From Dehalococcoidia bacterium (lineage in GTDB: Bacteria > Chloroflexota > Dehalococcoidia > Plut-88900), in assembly GCA_965249275.1 (NCBI GenBank), contig CBDFLQ010000007.1, positions 128,001 through 192,000 of the forward strand: 64,000 nt of DNA. Direction: 5' to 3'. Within the stretch, counting starts at the first letter, position 1; every line of letters starts with the position of its first letter. Both the position numbers and the translations under genes were made by a program. The notes beneath the pieces are model-generated. The model did not search any database. It was not told the DNA's origin and worked only from the letters and a program-made list of their open reading frames with translations. Positions 1 to 9,407 of this stretch are shown here, piece by piece.

Positions 1-219
1 TAGCCTTCCACCGCCCGTTCCCTACGTCTTTACTCTCTCCTATGCCCGCACTTTGGCAAAAATAGGGTGGGTCTTCCAACAGGTTCTTGACCGGCCTATG
101 AGCTTCTAATAAACTGCCAGTCACTCGGCCCCTTGACCATCCGTCTCGATACTATTCATGGCAATAGCCCGAGGTTAGCGCATTTAGGGTAACCCACCTG
201 CCAGGAAGGAGCGTGCCGG

Positions 220-1050
220 TTGAAGAATCCAAACAACAACCCCGAGAAGCAAAAGGGCAGACCGACGCGCATAATGAGTGGCATCGAAGGTCATTTCCAG
301 GGCAAGGTGCTTGCCGGTCTTCTGGAGCTCGTCCCCCTGCTGGTGACCGCAATTGTCGTTCTATTCATTGTAGGTAAGACGGATAGTTACGTCCGTGACC
401 TGCCGTTCGTAAAAGAAGAGCCTTGGGATGTACCGGGCATCGGCTTAGCAGCCTTCGTCGTTGCGTTATATGTAATTGGGTTGCTGATTTCCTTCCGGCT
501 CGGCAAGTGGGTTATCTCCCTCATCGGCGTCGTCCTTCTACGCGTTCCCGTGATCAAGGTCATCTACAGGCTCATGCTGCAGGTCACCAACGTAGTGGCT
601 TCTGAATACGGTTTTAGTAGGGTGGTTTTCATAGAATGGCCCAGGGACGGTATGGTGGCCTTGGGATTCGTCACAGGCCGAGTACAGTCTAAGGACCGCG
701 AGCATTCCCTGGTTACTGTCTATATTCCCACCATACCAAATCCCACATCCGGCAACATGGCCTTTGTAAACGAGGATGACGTTATGGAGACTGACATCTC
801 CGTAGACTCTGCCATGAAGCTCGTTTTCTCCGGGGGGTTCGTACTGCCGGACACTCTTGCTATTGCACGCGTACCCAGAACTGACACCGACACCGACGCC
901 GACGCCGATTTTCTGGGCGCTTTCGAAGCAGACAACAGTGCAAGGGACGGAGAGAACCAACAGCGGGATTCCGCATCTAAGGGCGAGTCCGGCGCTCCTG
1001 CCGTAGGAGGCCTGATGCCCAAAGGGACCGAGTCGGGGAAGTCTTCCTGA
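220..1050 (+). CDS. DUF502 family membrane protein
   Basis: N-terminal TM segments, RVPVIKVIY, and the VYIPTIPNPTSG motif typical of DUF502; AGGAAGGAG RBS before TTG at 220. Confidence 0.85.
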   Translation: MKNPNNNPEKQKGRPTRIMSGIEGHFQGKVLAGLLELVPLLVTAIVVLFIVGKTDSYVRDLPFVKEEPWDVPGIGLAAFVVALYVIGLLISFRLGKWVISLIGVVLLRVPVIKVIYRLMLQVTNVVASEYGFSRVVFIEWPRDGMVALGFVTGRVQSKDREHSLVTVYIPTIPNPTSGNMAFVNEDDVMETDISVDSAMKLVFSGGFVLPDTLAIARVPRTDTDTDADADFLGAFEADNSARDGENQQRDSASKGESGAPAVGGLMPKGTESGKSS

Positions 1051-1156
1051 CAGGCGCCGTGCTTTGGACTCCTTGAAAGAGTGCAAAGTCTCGGCGCCAC
1101 TTTGGGTAATAAAGGCCTGCCCACGGATCAAGAAATGCCCTGCACGTGCTATAGGG

Positions 1157-3334
1157 TTAGGATGTAACCCCCGAAGCCGTTGCCTCTTCCACCATCTCTG
1201 TTGGGCGTTCCAGGGGCAGGGCCACAATCATCGTAGTGCCCTCCCCCGGCTCGGTTTCCACCCGTATCGCCCCCCCGTGCCGCCGCACGATGTCGTTTGA
1301 TATAGCCAGTCCAAGCCCCGTGCCCTGGTCCGTGGGCTTGGTAGTGAAGAATGGGTTGAATATCTTCTCTACCACGTCGGGGGGCATGCCCGTGCCGTTG
1401 TCCCGGATCCGAATTTCCACCCCATCCTCTTTTCGTATAGTAGACATCCACAAAGTCGGTTCGAAAGGTACTCCTTCCGCCATGGAAGCGCGGCGCCTCT
1501 GGTCGGTAGCATAGCAGGCGTTGCTGACTATGTTGAGGAAGACACGACCTAGTTGCTGGGGGACAACCTCTAGTTTCCCAACATCGGGGTTCAAGTCCCA
1601 TTGGAGGTCTACCTGGAACTCCTGGTTCGTGGCCCTGGTGCTGTGATAGGCCAGCCGGGCATGCTGGTCCACCAGTCCGTTGATGTCTGATTCCTGCCAG
1701 TCTCCCGAGTCTCTTCCCATCCTCAGCATATCGTGGACTATGCGGTTTGCCCGCTCGCCGTGAGAGCGTATCCGGACGACATTGCTCGTCAGGTCATCGG
1801 TGATCTCTTTCACCAGGCCCCGCTGTTCGTCGGGCAGGACTACACCCTCCTCCTCCAATATCTCCCGCAACTCTTCGATCAGCTCTCCCGACGCCTCGGA
1901 GAAGTTGTTGACGAAGTTCAACGGGTTGCGTATCTCATGCGCAACCCCCGCCGTTAGCTCACCGAGAGCGGCCAGCTTCTCCCGCATCACTATCTGGTCC
2001 TGTGCCTTCCGAAGCTCGGTTAGGACGCTCTCCAACTGCCCATTCTTGTCCTGAAGCTCGCCCGCTAGCTTCTCCACCTCGTTTAGCCGTAACGCCTCCA
2101 GGGCATTACGACGGAACACTTCAAGCGCAGCGGCCATGTCGGCAACCTCATCCTTGCCGCTCATCTCGACTCGCGCCTCCAGGTCTCCCCCCGCCATCCG
2201 GCGCATCCACTCGGAAAGCATCCCCAGCCGCCGCAGCAGCACCCTGCCGATAAACAGCCAGATAATTAGCGTCGCACCAATAATGCTTAAACCACTAATT
2301 ACCAGCAGCAGCGTACGTCCCGTGAATATCGCCTGGGTTGACGCCTGCGTCGCAACTGCCGCGCTGGCTTCTGCCGCGCTGACCAGACCGTCAACCTCCT
2401 CTACCAGGTCTACGGATATGTCCCGGTTAAAGGCCAGCAAGTCTCCTTGTTGCTGCGCTATCTGCAGCTCTCTTGCGAACACGTTGAAAATGCTGTCTTC
2501 ACCTGTCCCCAACTCAAACAACCTGGCGTAAATCGGTGCCGCCTCTTCGTAGAAACCCAATGCCCTCTGGGCTTCCAGGTTCCGGTCGATCCTTTCCACC
2601 GCCGCCTCGAACCGTTCCCTCAACGGCTCTATAAAAGATTCATCCGAAAGTGTGAATGCGTTGGCCAGAAGTTCGGTGGCGATGTTGGTGTCGGCCTGCA
2701 TCTCCGTAAGCCTTCGATAGCGGACGACCTGTTGCTCCGACAAGTGGGCCGGACGGGATACAGCACTGCCCTCGACGGTAACGTGCCCGGTGAGGACATA
2801 GAAGAGTTGATCGTCTATGGCAGGGGCCAATAGGGCGTCCAACTGGCTCCGCAGATCTGCGAGCTCAGCCTGCAAGCTCAATCTGTTTTCAGTTAGCTGG
2901 AACACCTCCGCCATGCTGAACTTTAGGTCATTGATATTGGTGATCAGTGTCTCTGCGTGAGTCAGGATCTCCTCTACCCGCTCCCTTCCTGCACTTTCGC
3001 TCTCTTCAAGAACGGTGATCTGCTCTTCGAATGATAGAAAAGCGTGATCAATGTTCCCCGCCACAAGGGCCAGTTCCAGTGGATTAGCGGCTGTAGTAAG
3101 GCTGGGCGCTGCGGCCACTAGAGTACTGCCGTACTGTGCCACTTCAAACGCAGCGGCCAATTCCGGCACACTTCCTTCGTTCACCCTGCTTTGCACTTCC
3201 CCTACCCGGTTGAACGAAAACCATCCGACCAAACTGGCTGCGATAGTCATGACCACAGCGCCGCCAACCGCGAGGTACAGCTGCGTGGATATCCTTGATC
3301 GCCTGGCCAGTATCCGCTTTAGTTGCTCGACCAT
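1157..3334 (-). CDS. Sensor histidine kinase (TorS-like extracytoplasmic domain, HAMP, HisKA, HATPase)
   Basis: Two TM helices around a large helical domain; HAMP (DEVADMAAAL); H-box AHEIRNPLN; N/G1/F/G2 boxes (NACYA, DNGTG, FNPFFTTK, GTGLGL). Confidence 0.92.
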   Translation of the reverse strand: MVEQLKRILARRSRISTQLYLAVGGAVVMTIAASLVGWFSFNRVGEVQSRVNEGSVPELAAAFEVAQYGSTLVAAAPSLTTAANPLELALVAGNIDHAFLSFEEQITVLEESESAGRERVEEILTHAETLITNINDLKFSMAEVFQLTENRLSLQAELADLRSQLDALLAPAIDDQLFYVLTGHVTVEGSAVSRPAHLSEQQVVRYRRLTEMQADTNIATELLANAFTLSDESFIEPLRERFEAAVERIDRNLEAQRALGFYEEAAPIYARLFELGTGEDSIFNVFARELQIAQQQGDLLAFNRDISVDLVEEVDGLVSAAEASAAVATQASTQAIFTGRTLLLVISGLSIIGATLIIWLFIGRVLLRRLGMLSEWMRRMAGGDLEARVEMSGKDEVADMAAALEVFRRNALEALRLNEVEKLAGELQDKNGQLESVLTELRKAQDQIVMREKLAALGELTAGVAHEIRNPLNFVNNFSEASGELIEELREILEEEGVVLPDEQRGLVKEITDDLTSNVVRIRSHGERANRIVHDMLRMGRDSGDWQESDINGLVDQHARLAYHSTRATNQEFQVDLQWDLNPDVGKLEVVPQQLGRVFLNIVSNACYATDQRRRASMAEGVPFEPTLWMSTIRKEDGVEIRIRDNGTGMPPDVVEKIFNPFFTTKPTDQGTGLGLAISNDIVRRHGGAIRVETEPGEGTTMIVALPLERPTEMVEEATASGVTS

Positions 3335-4578
3335 GCCTCCGCCTCTTGCAGGTTGTCGACAGCATGGTACGCACCGTCGTTACCTATAACCGTAAGAAAC
3401 ACTTTGTCCGATCCCTGGTTGTCGCCTTCCCCAAACTGCAACTCAAACCCTCCGATGTCGATCTGGCTGGAGCCCAAGATGCTATCCATAAAACATTCTC
3501 GGTTTACGTCTCGCCCACACTTTTCCAGCCCGGCTATTGCCATTCGGCCTGCCAGGTATCCTTCAAGGGAGACGAATCCCGGCGTCGTCTCCGGGGCATG
3601 TGCCCCAAGAGCCTCCTGGTAGGCCTCTACCACCGGGAGAGAATCGTCCCAGGGGAACGGCACCACTTGCGTCACAATCACCCCCGCGCCATTGATTCCC
3701 AGCTCTTCCCTCAGCGCATTGCTCCCGACGAACGATACGTTCAGGAATATCGAGTCGAAGCCCAGGCGTCGGGCCCAGATTATCAGCTCCGCACATGGCT
3801 CGTAGGCCCCAATCATGATCACGGCCTCGGGCTCCCCTTCCATCAGGTCGAGCAGGGCAGTTTTTACCGCTGTCGTGTTGCGCTGGTACAGTCCCACCGC
3901 AACGGGTTCCATGCCGTGAGGTTCAAGCGCGGCAACCACTCCCCTATATCCGCTTCGACCATAGGAATCGTCCTGGTACATTACGCCGATCCTGGTGATG
4001 TCCAAGTCCTCCATTAGCCGAGCCACCATCTCCGCCGTCTCCTGCTGGTAAGACGAACGCAAGTTGATGATATTGTCCCAGCTCGGGTCTCGCAGGAATC
4101 CTGCGCCCGTAAACGGGCCTATGAAGGGCACGTTGGACGCGGCCGCTACCGGTGTAGCTGAGCGGGACGTGGGTGTGCCCACTTCCCCTATCAAGGCAAA
4201 GACCTCGTCTTCATCTATTAGACGGTGGGTGTTGGCTATGGAAGCCTCGGGTTCGTAGGAGTCGTTATAGGATACGAGTTCGAGGCGCCGCCCGTGGACT
4301 CCCCCGTTCGCATTCGCCTCGGCAAATGCAACTTCAATGCCCAGCCGCATATTCTTGCCCAGTTCTTGCGCGGGCCCCTCAAACGCTGCCGACTGCCCAA
4401 AAAGCACCCTATCGTCCGATACTCCATGATTATCGGGCGTTGCCGGCACGGCGGTTGCCCTGGGTGTGGGGAGGGGCGTGCCCTCCGGTCCGTTGCAGCC
4501 CGAGACTACCAGTAAGGCCAGGACGCTCACCAGAAAAAACGCCAGGAGCATTGGGATTACGGGACGGGTGCCTCTCAT
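3319..4578 (-). CDS. LivJ/LivK-like type 1 substrate-binding lipoprotein
   Basis: Lipobox LVVSGC; GGVHGRRLEL, NDSYEP and GEVGTPTS motifs; 3' end overlaps the kinase start. Confidence 0.85.
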   Translation of the reverse strand: MRGTRPVIPMLLAFFLVSVLALLVVSGCNGPEGTPLPTPRATAVPATPDNHGVSDDRVLFGQSAAFEGPAQELGKNMRLGIEVAFAEANANGGVHGRRLELVSYNDSYEPEASIANTHRLIDEDEVFALIGEVGTPTSRSATPVAAASNVPFIGPFTGAGFLRDPSWDNIINLRSSYQQETAEMVARLMEDLDITRIGVMYQDDSYGRSGYRGVVAALEPHGMEPVAVGLYQRNTTAVKTALLDLMEGEPEAVIMIGAYEPCAELIIWARRLGFDSIFLNVSFVGSNALREELGINGAGVIVTQVVPFPWDDSLPVVEAYQEALGAHAPETTPGFVSLEGYLAGRMAIAGLEKCGRDVNRECFMDSILGSSQIDIGGFELQFGEGDNQGSDKVFLTVIGNDGAYHAVDNLQEAEAWSSN

Positions 4579-4626
4579 CAGAGTCTAAAGCCCTCCGATC
4601 CCTGCGTTACACAGGATCAGTTGCCT

Positions 4627-5802
4627 CTAAACGGCGTAACAGCCCAGGGTAAGACATGTGATGTCATCGTGCTGGGGTGCATTCTCAGCAAAGTGGTTCA
4701 CGGCTTTGACTACCTCTATCCCAACCTCTGCCGCGTCTCTAGGCGTAGTGTTTGCGAATATCCGCTGTACCCGTTTGATTCCCAGTTGCACGCCTTCGCT
4801 GTTCATTGCCTCGGTTACTCCGTCAGTATAAAGCACTAACGTATCACCCGAAGATAGATATACGGTCTCCTGCCGGTACTCAAAATCCGCAAGGACGCCC
4901 AGAGCTAGGCCCCCTGTAAGGGGAAGAAGGGAGGAGGTACCGTCGCTGTGGAGCAGTAGAGGCGGATCGTGGCCGCCGCTTGCATAGGTCAAGGCGCGGG
5001 TGTCGGGGTTGTACACCGCATAAAGCATCGTAACAAACATTTCGGCGCTGTTGTCCTCGTGGAGCAGGTTGTTTACTTCGGAAAGCACCGCCCCGGGCCC
5101 GTCCATTCCAATAGCCGCGCCCTTCAGCAGTGTACGGCTCGACATCATGAACAATGCAGCCGGCACCCCCTTGCCCGACACATCCGCTATGGCCAGACCT
5201 ATCTGCCCATTCTGCAGCCGTATGACGTCATAGAAGTCTCCTCCCACGTTCCGGGCCGGTTGCATCGTCCCAAATACTTTGTACCTGTCGCTGATAGGAA
5301 ATGCAGTGGGCAGAATGGACTGTTGCATGGTGCTAGCGACATTCAGCTCGTTCTGAAGGACCACCAGTTTATCGCGCGCATTGAGGGCGTCTCGTAGCTC
5401 CTCTATGTGCTGCAACGTCCTGTCTATAGTGAAGCGGAGATCGTCGAAGTCCACCGGCTTGGTCACGAAGTCGAACGCACCTCTGTTCATGGCCGTCCGG
5501 ATGTTCTTCATGTCGCCGTATGCCGAAATAATCACCGACCGCAGATTTGGGCTTACCTTCGGTATCTGCTCAAGCAGCGAAAGCCCGTCCATTCTCGGCA
5601 TGTTGATGTCCGACAGGACCATGTCGATCTCTTCGTCTGCCTCTAGCATCTCCAGGGCCTCGACTCCGTCCCCAGCGAAGCAAAACTGATAGCGCCCCGA
5701 CCGGATATCGCGCCGCATCCGCTGAAGCATGAGGGGTTCCAGGTCAGGCTCGTCGTCGACCACTAGGATTTTGTAGGGCTTAAGCCTGTCTGCCGTTGTC
5801 AT
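4627..5802 (-). CDS. Response regulator receiver fused to SpoIIE/PP2C phosphatase (RsbU/RsbP-like)
   Basis: REC motifs VVDDE, SDINMP, FVTKP; PP2C motifs GGDFYD, ADVSGKG, YTDG, HDDIT; start taken at ATG 5802. Confidence 0.92.
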   Translation of the reverse strand: MTTADRLKPYKILVVDDEPDLEPLMLQRMRRDIRSGRYQFCFAGDGVEALEMLEADEEIDMVLSDINMPRMDGLSLLEQIPKVSPNLRSVIISAYGDMKNIRTAMNRGAFDFVTKPVDFDDLRFTIDRTLQHIEELRDALNARDKLVVLQNELNVASTMQQSILPTAFPISDRYKVFGTMQPARNVGGDFYDVIRLQNGQIGLAIADVSGKGVPAALFMMSSRTLLKGAAIGMDGPGAVLSEVNNLLHEDNSAEMFVTMLYAVYNPDTRALTYASGGHDPPLLLHSDGTSSLLPLTGGLALGVLADFEYRQETVYLSSGDTLVLYTDGVTEAMNSEGVQLGIKRVQRIFANTTPRDAAEVGIEVVKAVNHFAENAPQHDDITCLTLGCYAV

Positions 5803-6134
5803 CTGTGCCTTTTTATATCCGTCTTGGCAAATGGGGTATCGGACACAAGCCACCAGCATTGAAGAAATAGTAGGTTAAGTTGGCAGAGAAACTGTGCCTG
5901 GTCAACATGGTCCACGCGGTCATTGCACCTCGTAAGTAGTGGGTTTCGCTCTTCCTTTCGGCGCTGAGTATCGCGTGCCGAGACAGTCTACAACATGGTA
6001 GCTACGTGCGACAATGTATTGCACTTGTTTAATACTTTTGTTTTGTTCCAGTTGCACCCAATGTCCCGACCGACTAAAGTTGGCCTGTATCTATCAGTTT
6101 GGCCCTCCCCGTCATTCAGGTAAGGAGCATACTA

Positions 6135-7682
6135 ATGAGATACGACCATATAATTGTTGGCGCTGGCTCGGCAGGCGCTGCCCTCGCCGCCCGACTCACC
6201 GAAGACCCCGACCGCTCCGTTCTCCTCCTCGAAGCTGGCGGCGACTACCCCGAGTTCGAGCGCATTCCCGAGGAGGTCAGACTGGCCTACGGCAGCAAGG
6301 TGCCCATCTGGGACAGCGACCACATCTGGAATTTCAGCGCCCGTGCCACCGACCTTGCACGCATAGACATTCCCCGCGGCAAGATCACTGGCGGCTCCAG
6401 CGGAGTCAACGGCGCCCAGTTCCTCAGGGGTGTCCGGGAGGACTACGACCGATGGGCTGAGTGGGGCAACGAAGAATGGTCCTTCGAAAACGTGTTCCCC
6501 TACTTCAAGCGCATGGAGGCCGATCAGGATTTCCGTGACGAGTTCCACGGCAACGACGGCCCAATAATGGCCCGCCGCTACCCCGAGGACGAGTGGCCGC
6601 CCCACGCCCATGCCTTCTACCAGGCCTGCCGTGACGCCGGCTTTCCAGACTGCCCCGACCACAACCGCACAGACTCCACGGGCGTCGGTCCCCTGACCTT
6701 TAACATCATCGATGGCGTGAGGATGAGTACTGCCATCGGCTATCTGAATCCTACCCGGCACCGCCTCAATCTGACTGTCAGACCCCAGTGTCATGTCCAC
6801 GGCATCATCTTCGATGGCAACCGGGCAGCCGGTTTGCTTGTCATAAGCGGGCGAGAGATGTTCTCAGTATATGGAGACGAAATCATCCTCTGCGCCGGAG
6901 CCGTGGGCACCCCACACATCCTGCTGCTCTCGGGCATTGGACCTGGAGACCAGTTAAGGAATCTAGGCATTCCGGTGGTCCAGGACTTGCCGGGCGTTGG
7001 CCGAAACCTTAGAGACCACCCGGATGTGCCCCTGTGCTGGTACACGAAGGAGGATTACCCTCTGAACATCGATCAGGTCACCTCCGGCACGGTGACCCTG
7101 AGGCACACGGCCCCGGGATCGCCCTTCGTGAACGACATGATCCTGTACGTCGGCAACTATTTGGCAGCGAGACCCTTCAGGGGCCTGGACGAGAAGGCCC
7201 CCGTCGGCGTCGGAGTCAGCCAATGCCTCTACCTGGCCTTGAGCGAGGGCGAGCTCAGGCTCCAGTCCACCGACCCGCGCCAGCAGCCCATCCTCGACTA
7301 CAACCTCCTCGACGACCCATTCGACCTGAAGCGCATGCGGGATGGCCTTAGGCTCTGCAATGAGCTATTCAGCCACGACGCATTCAGTGACATCGTCGAG
7401 AGCCGTACCGCCCCTTCGGACGAAGTCTTGGATTCCGACACTCTCCTGGATGAGTGGATGAAGACCGAGGTTGTAACGGCCCACCACATCTCCAGCACCT
7501 GCAAAATGGGCCCTTCCAGCGATCCCCTCGCCGTCTGCGACCAGTACGGCAAGGTCTACGGCGTCGATGGCCTCCGCATTGTGGACGCCTCCATCATGCC
7601 CGACACCGTACGCGCCAACCTCAACGTCACCGTCATTACAATGGGCGAAAAGGTCGCCGACTTCATAAAACAGGGCCGCTAA
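6135..7682 (+). CDS. GMC oxidoreductase (choline dehydrogenase/MftG-like), copy 1
   Basis: GAGSAG FAD motif, RGKITGGSS, GRNLRDH, C-terminal HHISSTCKMG...DASIMP; AAGGAG RBS before ATG 6135. Confidence 0.9.
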   Translation: MRYDHIIVGAGSAGAALAARLTEDPDRSVLLLEAGGDYPEFERIPEEVRLAYGSKVPIWDSDHIWNFSARATDLARIDIPRGKITGGSSGVNGAQFLRGVREDYDRWAEWGNEEWSFENVFPYFKRMEADQDFRDEFHGNDGPIMARRYPEDEWPPHAHAFYQACRDAGFPDCPDHNRTDSTGVGPLTFNIIDGVRMSTAIGYLNPTRHRLNLTVRPQCHVHGIIFDGNRAAGLLVISGREMFSVYGDEIILCAGAVGTPHILLLSGIGPGDQLRNLGIPVVQDLPGVGRNLRDHPDVPLCWYTKEDYPLNIDQVTSGTVTLRHTAPGSPFVNDMILYVGNYLAARPFRGLDEKAPVGVGVSQCLYLALSEGELRLQSTDPRQQPILDYNLLDDPFDLKRMRDGLRLCNELFSHDAFSDIVESRTAPSDEVLDSDTLLDEWMKTEVVTAHHISSTCKMGPSSDPLAVCDQYGKVYGVDGLRIVDASIMPDTVRANLNVTVITMGEKVADFIKQGR

Positions 7683-7712
7683 GCCCATCTATTCGACGGA
7701 TCTCGTTTACCC

Positions 7713-7746
7713 TGTCATTCCGAGGCTCCGCGGGGAATCTAAGGCG
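7713..7746. repeat. REP-like palindrome (GTCATTCCGAG...GGAATCT family)
   Basis: Recurs at about 27378, 42821 and 45931, and reverse-complemented at 48501, 55645 and 55981. Confidence 0.75.
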
Positions 7747-7828
7747 TATATCGCACCTCTCTACTCCTGTCCTTCGCCAACGAGGACTGAAGAACTGGGG
7801 ACGCCACCCCTCAAGAAAGGACCACACC

Positions 7829-9373
7829 ATGAAATACGACCACATCATAGTAGGCGCAGGCTCCGCCGGAGCGACCCTCGCCGCCCGACTCACCGAAGAC
7901 CCCGACCGCTCCGTCCTCCTCCTCGAAGCCGGCAGCGACTTCCCGGAATTCGAGCGTATTCCTGAAGAGGTTAGGCTGGCCTACGGCGGCAGGACTATTT
8001 ACGACTCCGAGCACATCTGGAACTTCAGCGCTCGCGCAACCTCCAAGGCCCACATGGACATCCCGCGCGGCAAGATCACCGGCGGGTCCAGTTCCGTCAA
8101 CGACGCCCAGTTCCTCCGCGGCGTCCGCGAGGACTACGACCGATGGGCGGAATGGGGCAACGACCAGTGGTCCTTCGACAACGTCTTCCCCTATTTCAAA
8201 CGCATGGAGGCCGACCAGGACTTCCGAGACGAATTCCACGGCAATGACGGCCCCATCATGTGCCGCCGTCATCCCGAGGATGAGTGGCCGCCCCACCAGC
8301 AGGCCTTCTACGAGGCTGCCCGAGACAAGGGCTTCCCACACTGCCCCGACCACAACCGCACCGACAGCACTGGCGTCGGCCCCCTCGCCTTCAACATCAT
8401 AGACCGCGTCCGGATGAGTACCGCCCTCGGCTACCTGAACCCCGCCCGTCACCGACTCAACCTCACCATCCGACCCAATTGCCTGGTCCACGGCATCATA
8501 TTCGATGGCAACCGGGCCGCTGGTCTGCTTGTCATAAGCGGTAAAGAGATGTTTTACGTCTACGCTGATGAGATCACTCTCTGCGCTGGGGCCGTCGGCA
8601 CGCCTCACATTCTCCTCCTCTCCGGGGTCGGGCCCGCCGACCAGCTTGACTCCTTCGGCATTCCCGTTGTCCAGGACCTTCCGGGGGTCGGTCACAACCT
8701 CCGCGACCACCCTTACGTTCCCTTGTGTTACCTGACCAAGCCCGACTACCCCCTGGACCTCCCCACCCCCGCTTCGGGCGCGGTCACCCTACGCTACACC
8801 GCCTCCGGCTCCCCTTTCGTCAACGACATGATCATTTACATGGGCAACTACGCCGCCAGGCGGCCTTCCAGGGGCCTCGATGACAAAGACCCGATCGGTA
8901 TCGGAGTTGGTCCCGCCCTTTACCTGGCCGTCAGCCAGGGCGAGCTCCGACTCCAGTCCACCAACCCCCGACAGCAGCCAGTCCTCGACTACAACCTTCT
9001 CGACGACCCCTTCGACCGTCAACGAATGCGCGAATGCCTCAGGCTCACCGACTCCCTTTTCCAACACTCCGCATTCTCCGACATCGTCGACAGGCGCAAC
9101 GCCCTCTCCGACGAGGCACTCAATGACGACGACCTCCTGGACGACTTCATGCTCCACGAGGTCATGACCGCCCACCACATCTCCAGCACCTGCAAGATGG
9201 GCCCTTCCAGCGATCCCCTAGCCGTCTGTGACCAGTACGGCAAAGTCTACGGTCTCGATGGCCTCCGCATCGTCGACGCCTCCATCATGCCCGACACCGT
9301 CCGTGCCAACCTCAACGTCACCGTAATGACCATGGGCGAAAAAGTCGCCGACTTCATCAAACAGGGTAACTAG
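7829..9373 (+). CDS. GMC oxidoreductase, copy 2 (tandem paralog)
   Basis: Same motifs and colinear with copy 1; ATG 7829 after AAGGA. Confidence 0.9.
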   Translation: MKYDHIIVGAGSAGATLAARLTEDPDRSVLLLEAGSDFPEFERIPEEVRLAYGGRTIYDSEHIWNFSARATSKAHMDIPRGKITGGSSSVNDAQFLRGVREDYDRWAEWGNDQWSFDNVFPYFKRMEADQDFRDEFHGNDGPIMCRRHPEDEWPPHQQAFYEAARDKGFPHCPDHNRTDSTGVGPLAFNIIDRVRMSTALGYLNPARHRLNLTIRPNCLVHGIIFDGNRAAGLLVISGKEMFYVYADEITLCAGAVGTPHILLLSGVGPADQLDSFGIPVVQDLPGVGHNLRDHPYVPLCYLTKPDYPLDLPTPASGAVTLRYTASGSPFVNDMIIYMGNYAARRPSRGLDDKDPIGIGVGPALYLAVSQGELRLQSTNPRQQPVLDYNLLDDPFDRQRMRECLRLTDSLFQHSAFSDIVDRRNALSDEALNDDDLLDDFMLHEVMTAHHISSTCKMGPSSDPLAVCDQYGKVYGLDGLRIVDASIMPDTVRANLNVTVMTMGEKVADFIKQGN

Positions 9374-9407
9374 CTACTATGGCCATTGCGAACCCCATTC
9401 CCCTCAT

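Noticed and set aside
883-909. GACACC/GACGCC hexamer run (DTDTDADAD) in DUF502
   Set aside because: Short in-frame low-complexity tail; no evidence of phase variation.
7454-7828. Long N-terminal extensions in the ORF track (also 11324, 23444, 24756, 40682, 45929, 53061)
   Set aside because: They overlap other genes or REPs; family motifs and RBS position place the starts downstream.
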